From Dipteris shenzhenensis (Eukaryota): a DNA stretch of 64,000 nucleotides. The stretch's first letter is position 1. Each line of letters opens with the position of its first letter. Location: the NCBI GenBank assembly GCA_047967505.1, contig CM106538.1. One strand, 5' to 3'. The translations under genes were made by a program, and so were the position numbers. The notes below the pieces were generated by a model. It saw nothing but the letters and a program-made list of their open reading frames with translations. It was not told the origin of the DNA and did not search any database. Below are positions 36,599 through 49,294 of the stretch, in pieces.

Positions 36599-37359
36599 AA
36601 TATGATTTTATTTTGTGTTTGTATTCTCACACTTTCTTTGAATGAATATGTAATATTCTTTCAATAGAATGTGAAAGAATACAAAGAGTTTTAAAGTGTA
36701 TGAATTGAAAGTTTTAAAAGTTATTAGAAGAGTATTCTCATTCTTACACTTTCTTTTGAATGAATATTTAATATTCTTTCAATATAATGTGAACTGTTTT
36801 AAAAGAGCGTGATTGAATGACAATTAATATATTGCATGCTTGAATGTGTTTTTCAAAGGATATGTGTTGTTTTTTATAAAATGTGTATTGCAATATGTTT
36901 CTATTGTATACTCAAATTAGTTTTTTTGCAATATAGACTGATAGAAGAATATGATAGGTGATAGAAGCGGTAGATGAAGCTCTAATTATATCGGATATAA
37001 TGTTGTATGCAAGGGATGGATGGGAGAATATGTAAAGCGATGGAAGAGTGCATATGCTCGTATCCATCTCGTCTCCTTTTGTACTTGAAAGCTCTAAGAA
37101 CCTTGTGGGCTACAAGCGATGTGTTGTAATTATTGAGATTGTGGATGATTTTGGTATACATAATAGTTAGAGACAACCTTGTGACTTGCAAATACTTTCA
37201 AGGCAACATCAAAAAGTTGGAAAGAATAATTGAATATGCACAATCAAAGTTTATATTTTCAAGTCTCAAGGGTTGATCTAGCTATTATGTGCACTAATTC
37301 ACGTCGATATATTTTAATATTTTTGCATTAACTTTACAAGTCCACTTGATCCATAGAAA

Positions 37360-37895
37360 ACCACTTAAATCACGTATACCACTTAGTTCACTTAGATCAC
37401 TTTAATCACTTAGTCCACTTAAATAACTTAAGTCACTTAAATCACCTAGTCCACTTAGATCACTTATACCACTTAAATCACTTAGTCCACTTAAATCACT
37501 TATACCACTTAATTCACTTAGATCACTTAAATCACTTACTCCACTTAAATCACTTAAGTCACTTAAATCACCTAGTCCACTTAGATCACTCATACCACTT
37601 AAATCACTTAGTCCACTTAAATCACTTATACCACTTAATTCACTTAGATGACTTGAATCACTTAGTCCACTTAAATCACTTATACCACGTAGTTCACTTA
37701 GATCACTTAAATCACTTAGTTTACTTAAATCACTTAAGTCACTTAAGCTACTTATATTACTTAGTCCACTTAAATCACCTAGTCTACTTAAGTCACTTAG
37801 TCCACTTAAATCACTTACTAGTCCACTTAAATCACTTAAGTTACTTATATTACTTAGCCCACTTGAATCACTTAACTCACTTATATCACTTGAAC
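37360..37895. repeat. 9-bp-period minisatellite (CACTTAAAT/CACTTAGTC), open on the minus strand as (SDL/SGL)n
   Basis: Continuous CACTTA-nnn periodicity; ORF 37402-37953. Confidence 0.92.
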
Positions 37896-38439
37896 CATCA
37901 TTGTAGGAGAAGAGTATTATAAACTTGTTATATATGAAGTTTACAATGTACATAATTATGCAGTAGGATCCACATCTGCCGTTCCATGAGTGCTTGGTAT
38001 TGCACCCTGCGAATCTATATTAGTGAGGTCCTCAAAATAAAAAATATCGGTATTCTTAGCTGCATCAAAATCTCCAAAGGATTGTCTATAGCATGCAAGC
38101 TCAGACTCCAACATCTGTACGCGTGCTTGCAGGTCCTTGATCTCTTTGGCTTGTGATGTAATGTGATCTTGTAATTCCTCAGTAGTAACACCTTGTTGAT
38201 GGAGAGGTATGGCAGATGCGGCCAAGTCAACAAGATCATTGTGTGCCTAGGGAGTTAGCACACAAGGTCTCTGAGACACGGGCTCTCTGTTCTCTGCCCT
38301 TGCTTGCTTGCACTCTGTAGAACGTCCCTTTCCTGTTCCTGATAAGTGATGCTTGTCATTCCAATCCACGCATCGATGTAAGACATCGTACTAGACATAC
38401 TCGTGGAGCTCTAGCAAGCATTTCCACATCATCTCTATG

Positions 38440-39690
38440 AAACATCGAAGATGGTCGCTTTTCGTCATGTCTCAGGTAGGTTAGCCACCTTTCCAAATGA
38501 TTTCCATTCTAGAATGGAAATAGTATCATTGGGTTATTTTCATGGACTAGACCTATTGCTTGGATGATGCCCAAATGTACGACATCGCCCAAGCATGTGG
38601 CTTCTTCCAATGCTCTGGCCTTCAATGCATCAACGGGCATAGAAACCCTCAACACCTTACATGCATAAATCTTGTGCGAATCAAAGAGAACGACAAGAAT
38701 ATTGCACATGTTGATTGTTCCTTTTGTGCCTGTGCCCACAGCTGCACTAGGTGTGAATCAAATGTCTCATCTCACTGAAGCAGTATGGGTCGCATGGATC
38801 TTGGCACTGCTACATGATCAGGCAAGCCATGTGATGTGCATTGTGCTTGTGCAGGCGAGAATGAAGGAGATGGGAATATATCTGCTTGTGCTGATAGATT
38901 GTGCATTTGTGGTACAAGCAAAAATGCGGGAGAGGGAAATTGGTTTGTGTGTGCGGTAGGAGGCACAAATGGAGGCACAAAAGATGTGGTGAAATGTGAT
39001 CGTGCATGTGGTGGGAGATATGAAAAAGGAGGAGGAACTTCTTCTAGGTATGAAAGATCTTGGGAAAAATGGATACGGGGAAAGACATGTTGTGGTCGAT
39101 GCACTGGTGCATACGCCTGGCGTGGTTGCAGTGGTGCTTGTGCGGTTGCGTTGGGTGGAATGCAACATATGATTGGGGACGTGGGTGCATTGGTGCTTGT
39201 GGTTGTGGTGGATGTAATGCAGCATCTGACTAGGGGTGTGGGTGCATTGATGCTTGTGGTTGCGGCTGTGCTTAGGGGCGTGGGTGCATTGATGGAAGGG
39301 AGCTCGAGGTAGCTCCTTTGCCTTTGTGACCTCGCCACACATTCTTGATGATGTGACCCTGGCATCTACAGTAGGACCCTCCCACTTTGTGTCACATGAG
39401 TTTATGTCTCGATCTATTTGACCGAGGCATCGTCGACCCTCCATCGCTAAGTGGTACAAATACTAGTCTATAGACTCTACTATGAAAACATCTGGAAATC
39501 GATCATGCAAGGTCCTCCCTCCACGCTCTGCCATTGTCCTCACCAAATATTGTACACTGCTTTCACCATTTTGGAAAGCTATCTCAATGATGTCCTGATC
39601 GATATTCATTAAGAAGTGTACATTCTCGTTTTTTAGCACAGTGAGATCTAGTTGCTTACACTTCCTCTTCTCACCTGCATGAGCCATCTC
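38440..39690 (-). pseudogene. Fragmented gene: unknown N-terminus, Pro/Thr-rich linker, protein-kinase N-lobe
   Basis: VGTGTKGTI (Gly loop), YACKVL (VAxK), ALEEATCLGDVVHLGII (alphaC Glu and HxxII) and PMILFPF*NG (hinge). No DFG or C-lobe found. Contains frameshifts. Confidence 0.6.
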
Positions 39691-39914
39691 ATATGCAATA
39701 AGTTGCAACACATAATTCAAAAAAGAATTTAGTGCCAAATGCAATAAGAAACTCATTAAGCCATAACAATTAACAATGCAAGCAGTCTAAGAAATTACCT
39801 AGGTATAACCTCTCAATTGAAGCTCAAATCATGTAACAGACTATAGAAAATCAAAACACCAAAAATGGCCTAGGTATAACCTAATCTGGACTTCACCATC
39901 TAACACTAGGCTTC

Positions 39915-40590
39915 AACTGCAACACACAGCTATCAAGGGATAGTTGAGTGCTAGACTAAGTGTCTAAGAGCATATTGCATGATATCTAACTTAGGCTGCA
40001 ACACACAACTATCCAGGGATAATTGAGTGCCAAACTAAGTGTCTAAGACAACGTCGCATGATATCTAACTTAGACTATAACACACAACTATTAAGGGATA
40101 GTTGAGTGTGAGACTAAGTGCTTGAAAACATCTCTAAACTTAGACTGTAACACACAACTCTCAAGGGAGAGATGAGTGCTAGAATAAGCATCTATGAAAA
40201 CATCACTAATCTTGGACTGCAACACAAAACTCTCTTAAGAGAGATGAGTGCCAGCCTAAGAGTTCCTACAAATAAACATTTTTATACAAATTGAGACTGC
40301 AACACACAACTCTCTTGAGACTCTCTTAGAGAGATGACTGCTAGCCTGATGTAAAAGATAATTATTTATATTATAATTAAAATTGCAACACACGACAAAT
40401 ACAGAGTGCAACACACAACTCTTGCAAGAGAGATGAGTGCCAGCCTATCTACACACTTAAATACAATAAAGAATAAATATTAAACAATTTAAAAAGACTG
40501 CAACACACAACTCTCCTAAGAGAGATGAGTGCATCTTAAACAAAACAAAACAAAAGAAACATTAATTACTAAACGAAAGACTATAACACA
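39915..40590. repeat. Array of 8 full and 2 partial ~38-bp hairpin-containing repeats with variable spacers
   Basis: Core GACTGCAACACACAACTMTC-N4-GAKAGWTGAGTG at ~39915, 39995, 40073, 40143, 40215, 40295, 40404 and 40496. Confidence 0.9.
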
Positions 40591-41269
40591 AGTAAGGGTG
40601 CAGTAAGGTACCTATGACGAGAGTTGGTAGGTATGGAAGTAAGCAGGAGGTGGTAGGTAGGCAAGCAGGTGGCTCAAGTGGCAAGGACTACAGGTGGATG
40701 TATTCGTGCGAATACCAAAAATGGCAATGGTTGCAAGTTTATACTACATTTATCCATACAAATAACATCATCTATTCATACGAATAACTTTATTTGTATG
40801 AATAATGGTTTATTCGTACGAATAAATTAGGAAAAATCGTTAGATTCATTTTAAATCACGATTTTTTGCAGTTTTTCAAATCGAAAAAAAAAATCAAGCG
40901 AATTAATGCAACTTAGGTCAGAGGATCTTTCTATTGGTTGTTCCTCTGACCATCATCCATAGCTAGCCTTCTATCTTCATATATTTCTTGATGCAATTCC
41001 TCTAGAATAGTCTGCTACTATTGAAGACACTCTCTTCATTCTCTGAGTTGGCCTTCTCGTTCATTATAATTTTCCATCGAGGAAATGGAAATCCACTCAA
41101 AATCCAAACTGTCTATACATTAGTGCTCGAACTCCTTTTTCCATGACAAACCTCCATCCACCAATATTCTGGGTCACCTTAGACCGACACCATCATTCCT
41201 TCCTTCTGGCTCTGCATAGTAGTCAAATTCCAACCCTAGGAAAGTGTAGCTGAGTCTCTCTCCTTGGAT

Positions 41270-44200
41270 GTTGGATGCGATTGCACCCGTATCAGTGAGC
41301 TTGGAGATAATTTGTATGCAAGTCTGATGTTATAGCATATAGGAGACAGCTGTGATGTTTGGTGGGGGTCTCATTACAGAGGCTGCAGACTCTTTTGCCA
41401 ATTCATCTTGAGTTTTGGCATAGATTCTTGTCATGCTTGTGAATTCATTGCATGCTTTGAGAGTATGGAATGAAAGTGTGTGATACTATTATTGATGCAA
41501 TCTATTATGTGCCTATGTAAAATCGTGTGAGTGCATGTGATGTGTCTAACTATATGCTTATTTGTGGGATTTAATAGGGAAACTAAGACTCAATCATCCC
41601 TAATACGAAATTGATTAGGTCTTCCTACATGTGCAAAAACGTGCATATGCCAGTGAGTGTGCATGTAACAATCTAGTGCAAATTATATGTGCAAAAACAT
41701 GCATCTGCTAGTGAGTGCTCGTAATACAATCTAATCCTAACTAAGGAAGACTTGGTTTCCCAAATCTTCATTTTTGTCGGGGATGGCTTGTGTGTTGAAG
41801 TAGTAGCGCTTTAGTTGGCTCCCGGTTATTGTTGTGTTGAATTGGACTCCATCCAAGGTTTCTAGTAGCACAGCTAAAACTTCAGATGCTTTTTGTGGTC
41901 TTGGCATATCTATGGGGAGACTACCACATGTACTTATTGAAGTACTCCAACATTTCTTGAAGATCAGCAGCCTTTGATGTGTTGAACTAGCCTGACATGT
42001 GCCATGTGTATGGGGTGGCATAGTATTGGCTCTTGTAGACCCTTTTTTTTTTTTTTGGGGGGTGAATTCTCTTGATCGACGATCTTCATATGCACATGTG
42101 GCTTATACCTTCAAAACTTCTTACATGGGGAACTGTGGGATAACTTTTCCACTAGTAAGGTGTTTCCAAGTAAGGGTTCATGTGATGCGCATACTTCTTC
42201 CAGTCCCTTAGGTGACCATGCAAGAGGTGGTGGTTCTAATTTTGAGGGAGCTTGCTTTGCAAGGTACAATTCGACGATCCTTGATTGGACTCGTTCGAAT
42301 TCATTGAAGTGCTCGGCCTTGGCTTTTCTACAATTTCCTCCTTCAGCTTTCTTGCGGGATCTTCTGCTATTATTCAACTTTGGAGGTTCAACTTTGGGGA
42401 GCTCGACTGCCATTAGGGCATGCAGAATGGCTAAGTCATTATCAAAGACTTGACCTTCAATTTCAGCATTTGCAGCCTCTGTTTCAAGGTCCCAAGGAAA
42501 ATCTGAGTCATCATTGGTATGAGTATCTTCTTTAGGTTCATTATGCCACTCGAGGTCAGCCATAAACAATGGAATTTCTAGATCGATTGGTTCTTCATGT
42601 TAAAGTGGAGGATCTACCTATAGCACCTTAGCATCGATTTGTGAGAGGATGGGGTCTAATGAATGGCAGTTGTCGATGGTTGCCAATGTTTGTATCCAGT
42701 TATTGTCATTGCTTTGTGAGTCACCCGCTATGGCATCCTGTTGCAAGGGATGAAGATGTGCCATCCAATGCTCTAGGCACAATTGGTTTAATAGCTCTTG
42801 TCCCCACATTCACCCTGACTGTGGTATCACGATTCTGGATTGTCAGTCTATCAGTTCCCCAGTCATGGAGGACTGATGCTTCCCGTAACCAAGGACATCC
42901 CAATAAGATTTGATAGAATTTTTTGGCGAGATCCAAGGTTGTGAATTGAAGGGGAAAGCGGACTCCTGTGATCTTTGTGGACACACCATTCACTATCCCC
43001 AAGAGTTTAGCTCGTGAATCATCGGCAAGGCGTATGTTAAAATTAGCCTTTTGCATTGGTGGGAGACCCCATTCTTCGTAGAGCTCCTTTGATAGGACAT
43101 TTACACCTGCTCCACCATCCACTATGGCTTGGACTTCATTATATGCCTAGTGGATCAAAGGCATAGTAATGTTGCATATGTCATCTCTTTCACCCATCCG
43201 CACAGGGATATCTTCAATGTCGTTCATAGGTGGAGGGGGATTTGCGAGTTCAATCCATCCTTTGAAACTCTCCTAGAGATTGCGACAATTCCGTAGGAGG
43301 ATTCCGATGGGGATTGACATAGGGCCGCTCAGGATGCTAGAGAGTGCGGCTCCTTCAAGTTGATGTGGCAGTACATTATGTTGTGGAGTTTGTTGTTGGA
43401 ACAGAGGCTCGAGTATAGTATCATTACTTTGTGGGGCCAAGTCATGGATTGGGTCTTGAGCTTGCTTCTCACCCTCGAATTGGGCTTGTTCCTTTTGTAC
43501 CCATTGTTAAAGTGCTTGAAAATGAGCCTTCTCCACCTCTGCATTTGGATATGGAGCTTCTTTTATTTGAGGCTCGGGTATTGATGTGGATGAGCTTGGC
43601 TACTGATTGCTTAGCGGAGGTGGAGGCACTTGTGCTTTCTTTTTAAGAAGTCGCTTTGGTTGGATTGGAATGTTAGGGTCCTTGGTGGCCTCTTTCTGTT
43701 GGCGTGTAATTACATTTATGTAAGACCCAGACTTTGATGGTCCACCCCAATAATACTAATTGGGACATCAGGCTTAACCTCTATTTGTTCTGGGATTGTA
43801 TTTTTCATGGGACAATCCATACAGGCATGTCCTATGCCACAATCTCTACAGAGTGGTTGGAAAGTAGCGGGGCTACCACGATGAGGGCACTCTGCGATCC
43901 GGTGATTTTTGCCACAACTGTAGCACTTGATTGGTGCTTGAAATATGTTGGGTCGTACTTGATTTGCATAAACTTGTATTAGACCCTCTGCACATTCTAT
44001 ATAGTACACTGGGTACTCTGCTTCATACTCAAATGGCCAGTCTACTTCCTCGGCTTGTAATTGATGTATTGGAACTACCTGAGGAGCTAGATTTGGTGCT
44101 CTTGGGTATGGTCATGGATTTGGATTCCTGAGTAGTTGTGGGACTTGTGTTCGAACGGGAACAAGATTTAGTCTCAGAGCTGGGGGCGCTTGTACAAGTG

Positions 44201-45933
44201 CTGGTTGCCTGTATACTGGCATGGGTGCTGCTTGGTATTGTTGAGGTCGAGGCGGGTTATTGCGCATGTTGTAGATGCAACTGTTCTCATCATGGCCGCC
44301 GACGACACATATATGGCACCACAACCTTGGCGTGGATTTGCTTGTGCAGTGATCCTGGCTCTGAGGACCGGGCACTCATTTGCTGTATGATTTGCCATGC
44401 AGTGTGGACACGAGACATTTTCTCGCCATGGATATGTCTGAGTTTGGTGGCTGAGACAAGTGAAGTTTTTGTTCCATGGTAGGACATCATGTCTTCTTTC
44501 AGGTTCATGGTGATGGCCTCTAGGCAATCTTCATTGGATGGTTCAGCAGTGTCCTTTGATTTACCCTTTTTCGAGCACTTATCTCGTGTATTAGACCTGC
44601 TGTCATCACTACTAGTGTCTGAGTCGGTCATGCCATCCTCGATGTCAATGGCTACCGCATGAGCAGCACTGAACGTTTCATAGCTGCTTATCTTTTTTAT
44701 ATCGTTTCGGATTTTCTTTCTAAGTCCTGCAATGAACCATGCCATGAGGTACTTTGCATCTGGCTGGGCGTGGGTCACATTTGGCAATCAATCTCTTCAT
44801 CTTTCCCAGGTACGTGCGTACATCTTCTTGCCAGCCTTGTTCGAGCTTGCTTAGTTGGAGAGCGGGATCATTTTGTAGCCTCTCTATTTGAAAGCGTCAT
44901 TTGAATTTTATTTGAAGTAGGTCCCATGTGGCATGCTCTTCCACTAGAAGGTCTAGGTACCATTCAAACGCTTCATCAGTTAAGGCCATAAGAAACCAAG
45001 CCACCTTGGTTTCATGGGATTGATCTCCACATGCACGGCATGCGGCATCAAAATGTTGGAGGAATCGGGCTGGGTCTCCCCTACCATTTTATTTGGGAAG
45101 TTCCAGTTTTTCCAAGGGGTGTCGGCCTTGATTGTTGTTATTTCTTTGATTGAAGAAATTGTCAGCCTCTGTAGCGAGGTCGATATCCCCATCATTGTCA
45201 TGACGCTGTCGAGCCATACTGGGGCGTGGAGGAGTTAGAGGGAGTGGTTGAATCTCAGGGGGGGGATTTGGGGTAGAGGATTGGTAGGGGCGGTTGTTGC
45301 AATGGAGTTATATGTGGATGTGGTGAGCGTTGGAGTCAAAGGCATTGGTTGAAACGTAGCTGCATGCAGATTGGGTGAGATTTGCCAAGGGTGTCTCTGC
45401 CACAAGTGCGGGTGTGGATGTAGCATTGTTAGGAGGGTTAGAGTGGTGTTAGTTTGTGTTGGTACCATCGTGTTAATAATGTGCCTAACATTTTCCTATG
45501 TGTGTAGGGAAATGTGCCGGTATAGACGGATCATTAATCGGAGGTCACGACATGAAGATATGAGCGAATTTGTGCAAAACAAGGCCCACACGAGGGCACG
45601 AATGAGCGAGCGCTAGGGATACCAAAATGGTGTGAAATGGGCTGGAAAAATACCCCATAACATGGGTTTTTTGTGTGTGAAATTTGGGTTCAAACGGGGT
45701 TCATTTTGGGTCCCAAATGGATGAGTTATGAGGGGTTAAAGTAGGGGTAAATTTTTTGTTTTTGGGGGGGGTGTGTCCTAAGGGTGGAGTGAATGGACTT
45801 GAATTCCAACTGAGGGGTTGGAACCAAGTTAATCTAGTTATGGGAACTAAAATATATCCTCCCAATTACTATAACTGGGATGTTTGACTAACTACAGTTA
45901 GTTACTAACTTCAGAGTTAGTAGAACCTAATTG
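41270..45933 (-). mobile_element. Non-autonomous Gypsy-type element, copy B: gag, protease and integrase-tail remnant; no RT, RNase H or integrase core
   Basis: Gag as in copy A. Knuckle CYSCGKNHRIAEC, protease VDGGAGVNVL..ILLGCPWL, and VLLETLDGVQFNTTITGSQLKRYY resembling an integrase C-terminus. Confidence 0.9.
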
Positions 45934-47043
45934 AAATTATGAGGTGGCTAGTGATTGGGATCTGGATGATGTGGCAATCGATGCTGAGTTGGCAAGATAA
46001 GATGGTGTGGTAGTCGGCTACCACATGTCAAAATTTTGACCAAGCTTCACTTAGCCATGGTTAAGCTGACTCGGGGTTCACTTAACCATTATCTGCCACA
46101 TGTTGACTGGTTGACTAAGCCTTGCTGACCTCTGGTTAAGATTGATCATTAGTGGGTTGTGGTATTTAGAGAGCCACGTGGCCTTATTTACCATGTGGCG
46201 TCATCTCTCTCAAAGATGAATGGAATCAAGGCATCACTAACTCTGTGTCGGTTGGAGGAGTTGTGGACGTTGCTATCTTTGAAGATCATAGTTGAAGTTG
46301 AGGGCATCATAGTCGTGTGAGAGGTCGATGAAGTCTTTGAAGCAACATGTCGCCTTCATTGTCCATTCTATAGGCAGGTGCTACTGAGTCAATTACATGA
46401 GTAGAGTAGCTGAGACTGGCATTGGCTATGGCATGGACGTGCTCATCGAGCATCATGGATGAGTGCTCATTGTGTTGATAGTGGAGAAGACCATTGGTAG
46501 AGCTACCCAACTTTTGCTATAGATGGCACCGTTTGTAGAGGCCGGAGGTGAAGTTGAGGTTAGAGGCCATTGAGCATCTATTGGGAGCACACGTAGGGTT
46601 GGCAAAAGAGCTTGGGTCTGATCCCAAGCATTGTAATAAGGAATCCTCCGTTGTGAGAGTCACTGAGTGTTGGAGGTCAATGTGAGCCGCCATTTGCAGC
46701 ACTGGTCACAGGGTAGAAGGGTTTGAAGAGCCTATTGTCCCGTTCCATTTTGGGAACCTGGAGGTCACTGTCGAATCATTTGAGTGATGTTTGAGATTGA
46801 CACTATAGTGGAGCTCGTGTGTTGGTTGTACTAGATGGGGTAGCACCCTTAGTCATTTGGAGATCTTGAAGTTGGAGCCGCTGTGGCAATTTGGTTGCAG
46901 TGACTATATGTAGTAAGTTGAAGAGCCGAGCAAGCTGAGCTTCTAATTGATGCTTGTGGCTAAGTGGAGCTTGGCAGCTGGTGAAGAGGTTAAGGTTGAT
47001 TGATGCTACTCTCTATGGAGGAGTCGACTACATGGGAGCTGAA

Positions 47044-48292
47044 CATTAGGGGAGAATTGGGGTCTCAAAAGGGCCTCCGATTAATGTTTCCTAATTTCAA
47101 GGGATTAGAGAGTGATTTGAGGTGTACCAATGAGAGTGCTAGAAGGTGTGGGGCAATGGTATGTTGAGGTGGAGTGTGCCTACAGAGAGCCCCTATTGGT
47201 TGCTCCCCTTACACTAGGGACCACCCAAACCATCCCCCCCCCTCTTAACACATGTTTGACCCTCCTACCAGGTGCACCTCCCCCACATGAGCCCAAAACT
47301 GCCTTCAATGGGATGGTAGGGCACTTCTGGCGAGTTTTTCTTCTCCCCTCCCTCTTTCTAGGGCCTCTTCCCCCACTGTTCTAATCCCAGCCTACCAAAT
47401 CACTCAGATTTGAACCAAATCCCACACATTTTCGCTCTTCCCCCTCTTTCTCTGCTCCCTCTTGCTCTGGCCTGCTTGCTACAGCTCCTCTCTCTCTCTC
47501 TCTCTCTCCCCTCTCCCTCTCCTGTGCCTCTGTTGGAGCTGCTCTGTCCCTCTCCTTCTCCCTCTGTTGTGCCTCTGTTGCTGTTGCTCTCTCCCTCTCC
47601 TTCTCCCTCTCTTGTGCCTCTGTTGCTGCTGCAGCTCTGTCCCTCTCCTTCTCCCTCTTTTGTGCCTCTGTTGGAGCTGCTCTGTCCCTCTCCTTCTCCC
47701 TCTCCTATGCCTCTATTGTTGCTGCTTTGTCCCTCTCCTTCTCCCTCTTTTGTGCCTCTGTTGGAGCTGCATTGCCTTGTGTAGGAGTCCCATTCTTGTT
47801 GTTGCAACTTCTGCAAGCATGGTGAGGAGAAAGGCTACAAGACCATGCAATGTTGTGACCTCTTGTGTCTTCCGCAACACTAGAAATGCATTGGATGAGT
47901 GGATCCCTTGCACCTACAGCTTAAATGACTGGATAGTGATGAAAGGATCGGCCAAAGGTCCACATAAGCTTCCCAAGAGCAAGAGAGGTGACATCTTGCA
48001 TGAGTGGAAGGGGCACATCTTGAAGTTCAAGTTTGGGAAGAAAGGATGGCTCACAAAAGTGCAACATGTTTACATGGGAAACATGTAAAGCATCATTCAA
48101 TCGATCTAGGATACCATCACACTGTGAGCCTTTCTATCTATGTACCTTTTTCACCTGTAAATGTAATGAGTCCATTTGGAAATTTTGTGTTTGGTTTCTA
48201 AGAGCTCTTATTCATGGTGGCAGATGTTTTCCCTTCGGACCTCGAGGAGTGGGAACCAGTTGAATCATTCATAGGTAAGTTCATTGCGATTC
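47044..48292 (+). mobile_element. CATTA-terminated DNA transposon, copy 3 (left end, subterminal repeats, start of the BAH-like gene)
   Basis: The first ~300 bp are colinear with 16654 onward. Tandem ~55-60-bp units lie at 47500-47770. Confidence 0.85.
47819..48292 (+). pseudogene. BAH-domain-like gene, copy 3, interrupted by an LTR
   Basis: MVRRKATRPC..YSLNDWIVMKGS..WKGHILKFKF..KVQHVYMG, intron GTGAGC...GGCAG, then VFPSDLEEWEPVESFIGKFIAI. Confidence 0.7.
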
Positions 48293-49294
48293 TGCTATAG
48301 CAACTCTTTGCTCTCCTACACGAGCTTTTTCCCTCTTTCTTTTCCTTCTCATATAGGATACAACTGCTCCTTCCTCTCCTACAGCTATTGTTTTCCCAAC
48401 AGGCATGGTCTGGAATATAGTGACACAATGTGGTATGGCTCTTTCCTATTGCTTTCGTAGGAAGAGCTAGGTTCTCTCAGTATGTAGGGTTCCAAGGCTT
48501 TTTGTCACCTACAAATATATTGGGGTTGTCGTTGTAGTATACGTGTAGCTTAGGACCTCGAGTCGTGTTCCGGTGAGAGATGTAGGCTTAAGTGTGGTAA
48601 GCAAACAAAGTGCATGCATGTGTAAAAGGACCGTAAATCATCTTTGTTGAGGTAATGAAGGCTTTCGCCTTCATTGGGAGTTGTAGGGTTTAGGAGGAGT
48701 TTAAAGGTTAGAAGGAGGTTCCAAGGTTAGAAGGAGGTTCCAGGGTTCAGAAGGAGGTTCAGAGTTTAGAAGGAGGTTCCAGGGTTTAGAAGGAGGTTCT
48801 AGGGTTTAGAAGGAGGTTTCAAGGTTAGAAGGAGGATCCAAGGTACAGAAGGAGGTTCCAGGGTTTAGAAGGAGTTCCAAGGTTTAGAAGGAGGTTCCAG
48901 GGTTTAGAAGGAGGATCCAAGATTCAAGGCAGAGTACATGGTGAACTGGTCTCCCTCGTAGATCATGGAGTTTTAAGGGTTGAGGAACAAAGGGTTTAGG
49001 GGGAGCATAGGAGTGGGACAGGAAGAAGGTGTAAGAGCATGGGGGAAAGAAGAGAGAGGAGGGAGGAGGAGGGAGGAGGAGAGAGGAGGAGGAGGAGGAG
49101 GAGGAGGAGGAGGAGGAGGAGGAGGGAGGAGGAGGAAAGAGGAGGAGGAGGGAGGAGGAGAGGGAGAGGATGGGTTGCAAGGTTGGAGGAGAGAGGAGGA
49201 GGAGTTGCAAGGTTAGGACATGCTTTTGGACGTGGAGTGCAAGGAAGCATGGACACTTGAGACAAATGCTTCGAATACCAAAGTAGACTCAACA
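48293..49294 (-). mobile_element. Probable ~1.0-kb 3' LTR of Gypsy-type copy C, containing a ~20-bp tandem array (48706-48920) and a (GGA)n tract
   Basis: Minus strand reads GGGGCATTG (PPT-like), then TGTTGAGTC...TATAGCA. The CA end falls exactly where BAH homology stops. Confidence 0.65.

Noticed and set aside
37402-37953. (SDLSGL)n beta-solenoid or antifreeze-like protein
   Set aside because: A 9-bp minisatellite can stay open by chance, and there is no convincing start or splice context. Not excluded, but unsupported.
38420-38450. FHRD as the kinase catalytic loop
   Set aside because: It is too close to the hinge and is not followed by LKxxN or DFG, so it is probably coincidental.
35893-40590. 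CRISPR arrays at 35893-36598 and 39915-40590
   Set aside because: The context is eukaryotic with no cas genes. The spacers are related to each other or alternate between two types, and the repeats are degenerate. Kept as repeat arrays.
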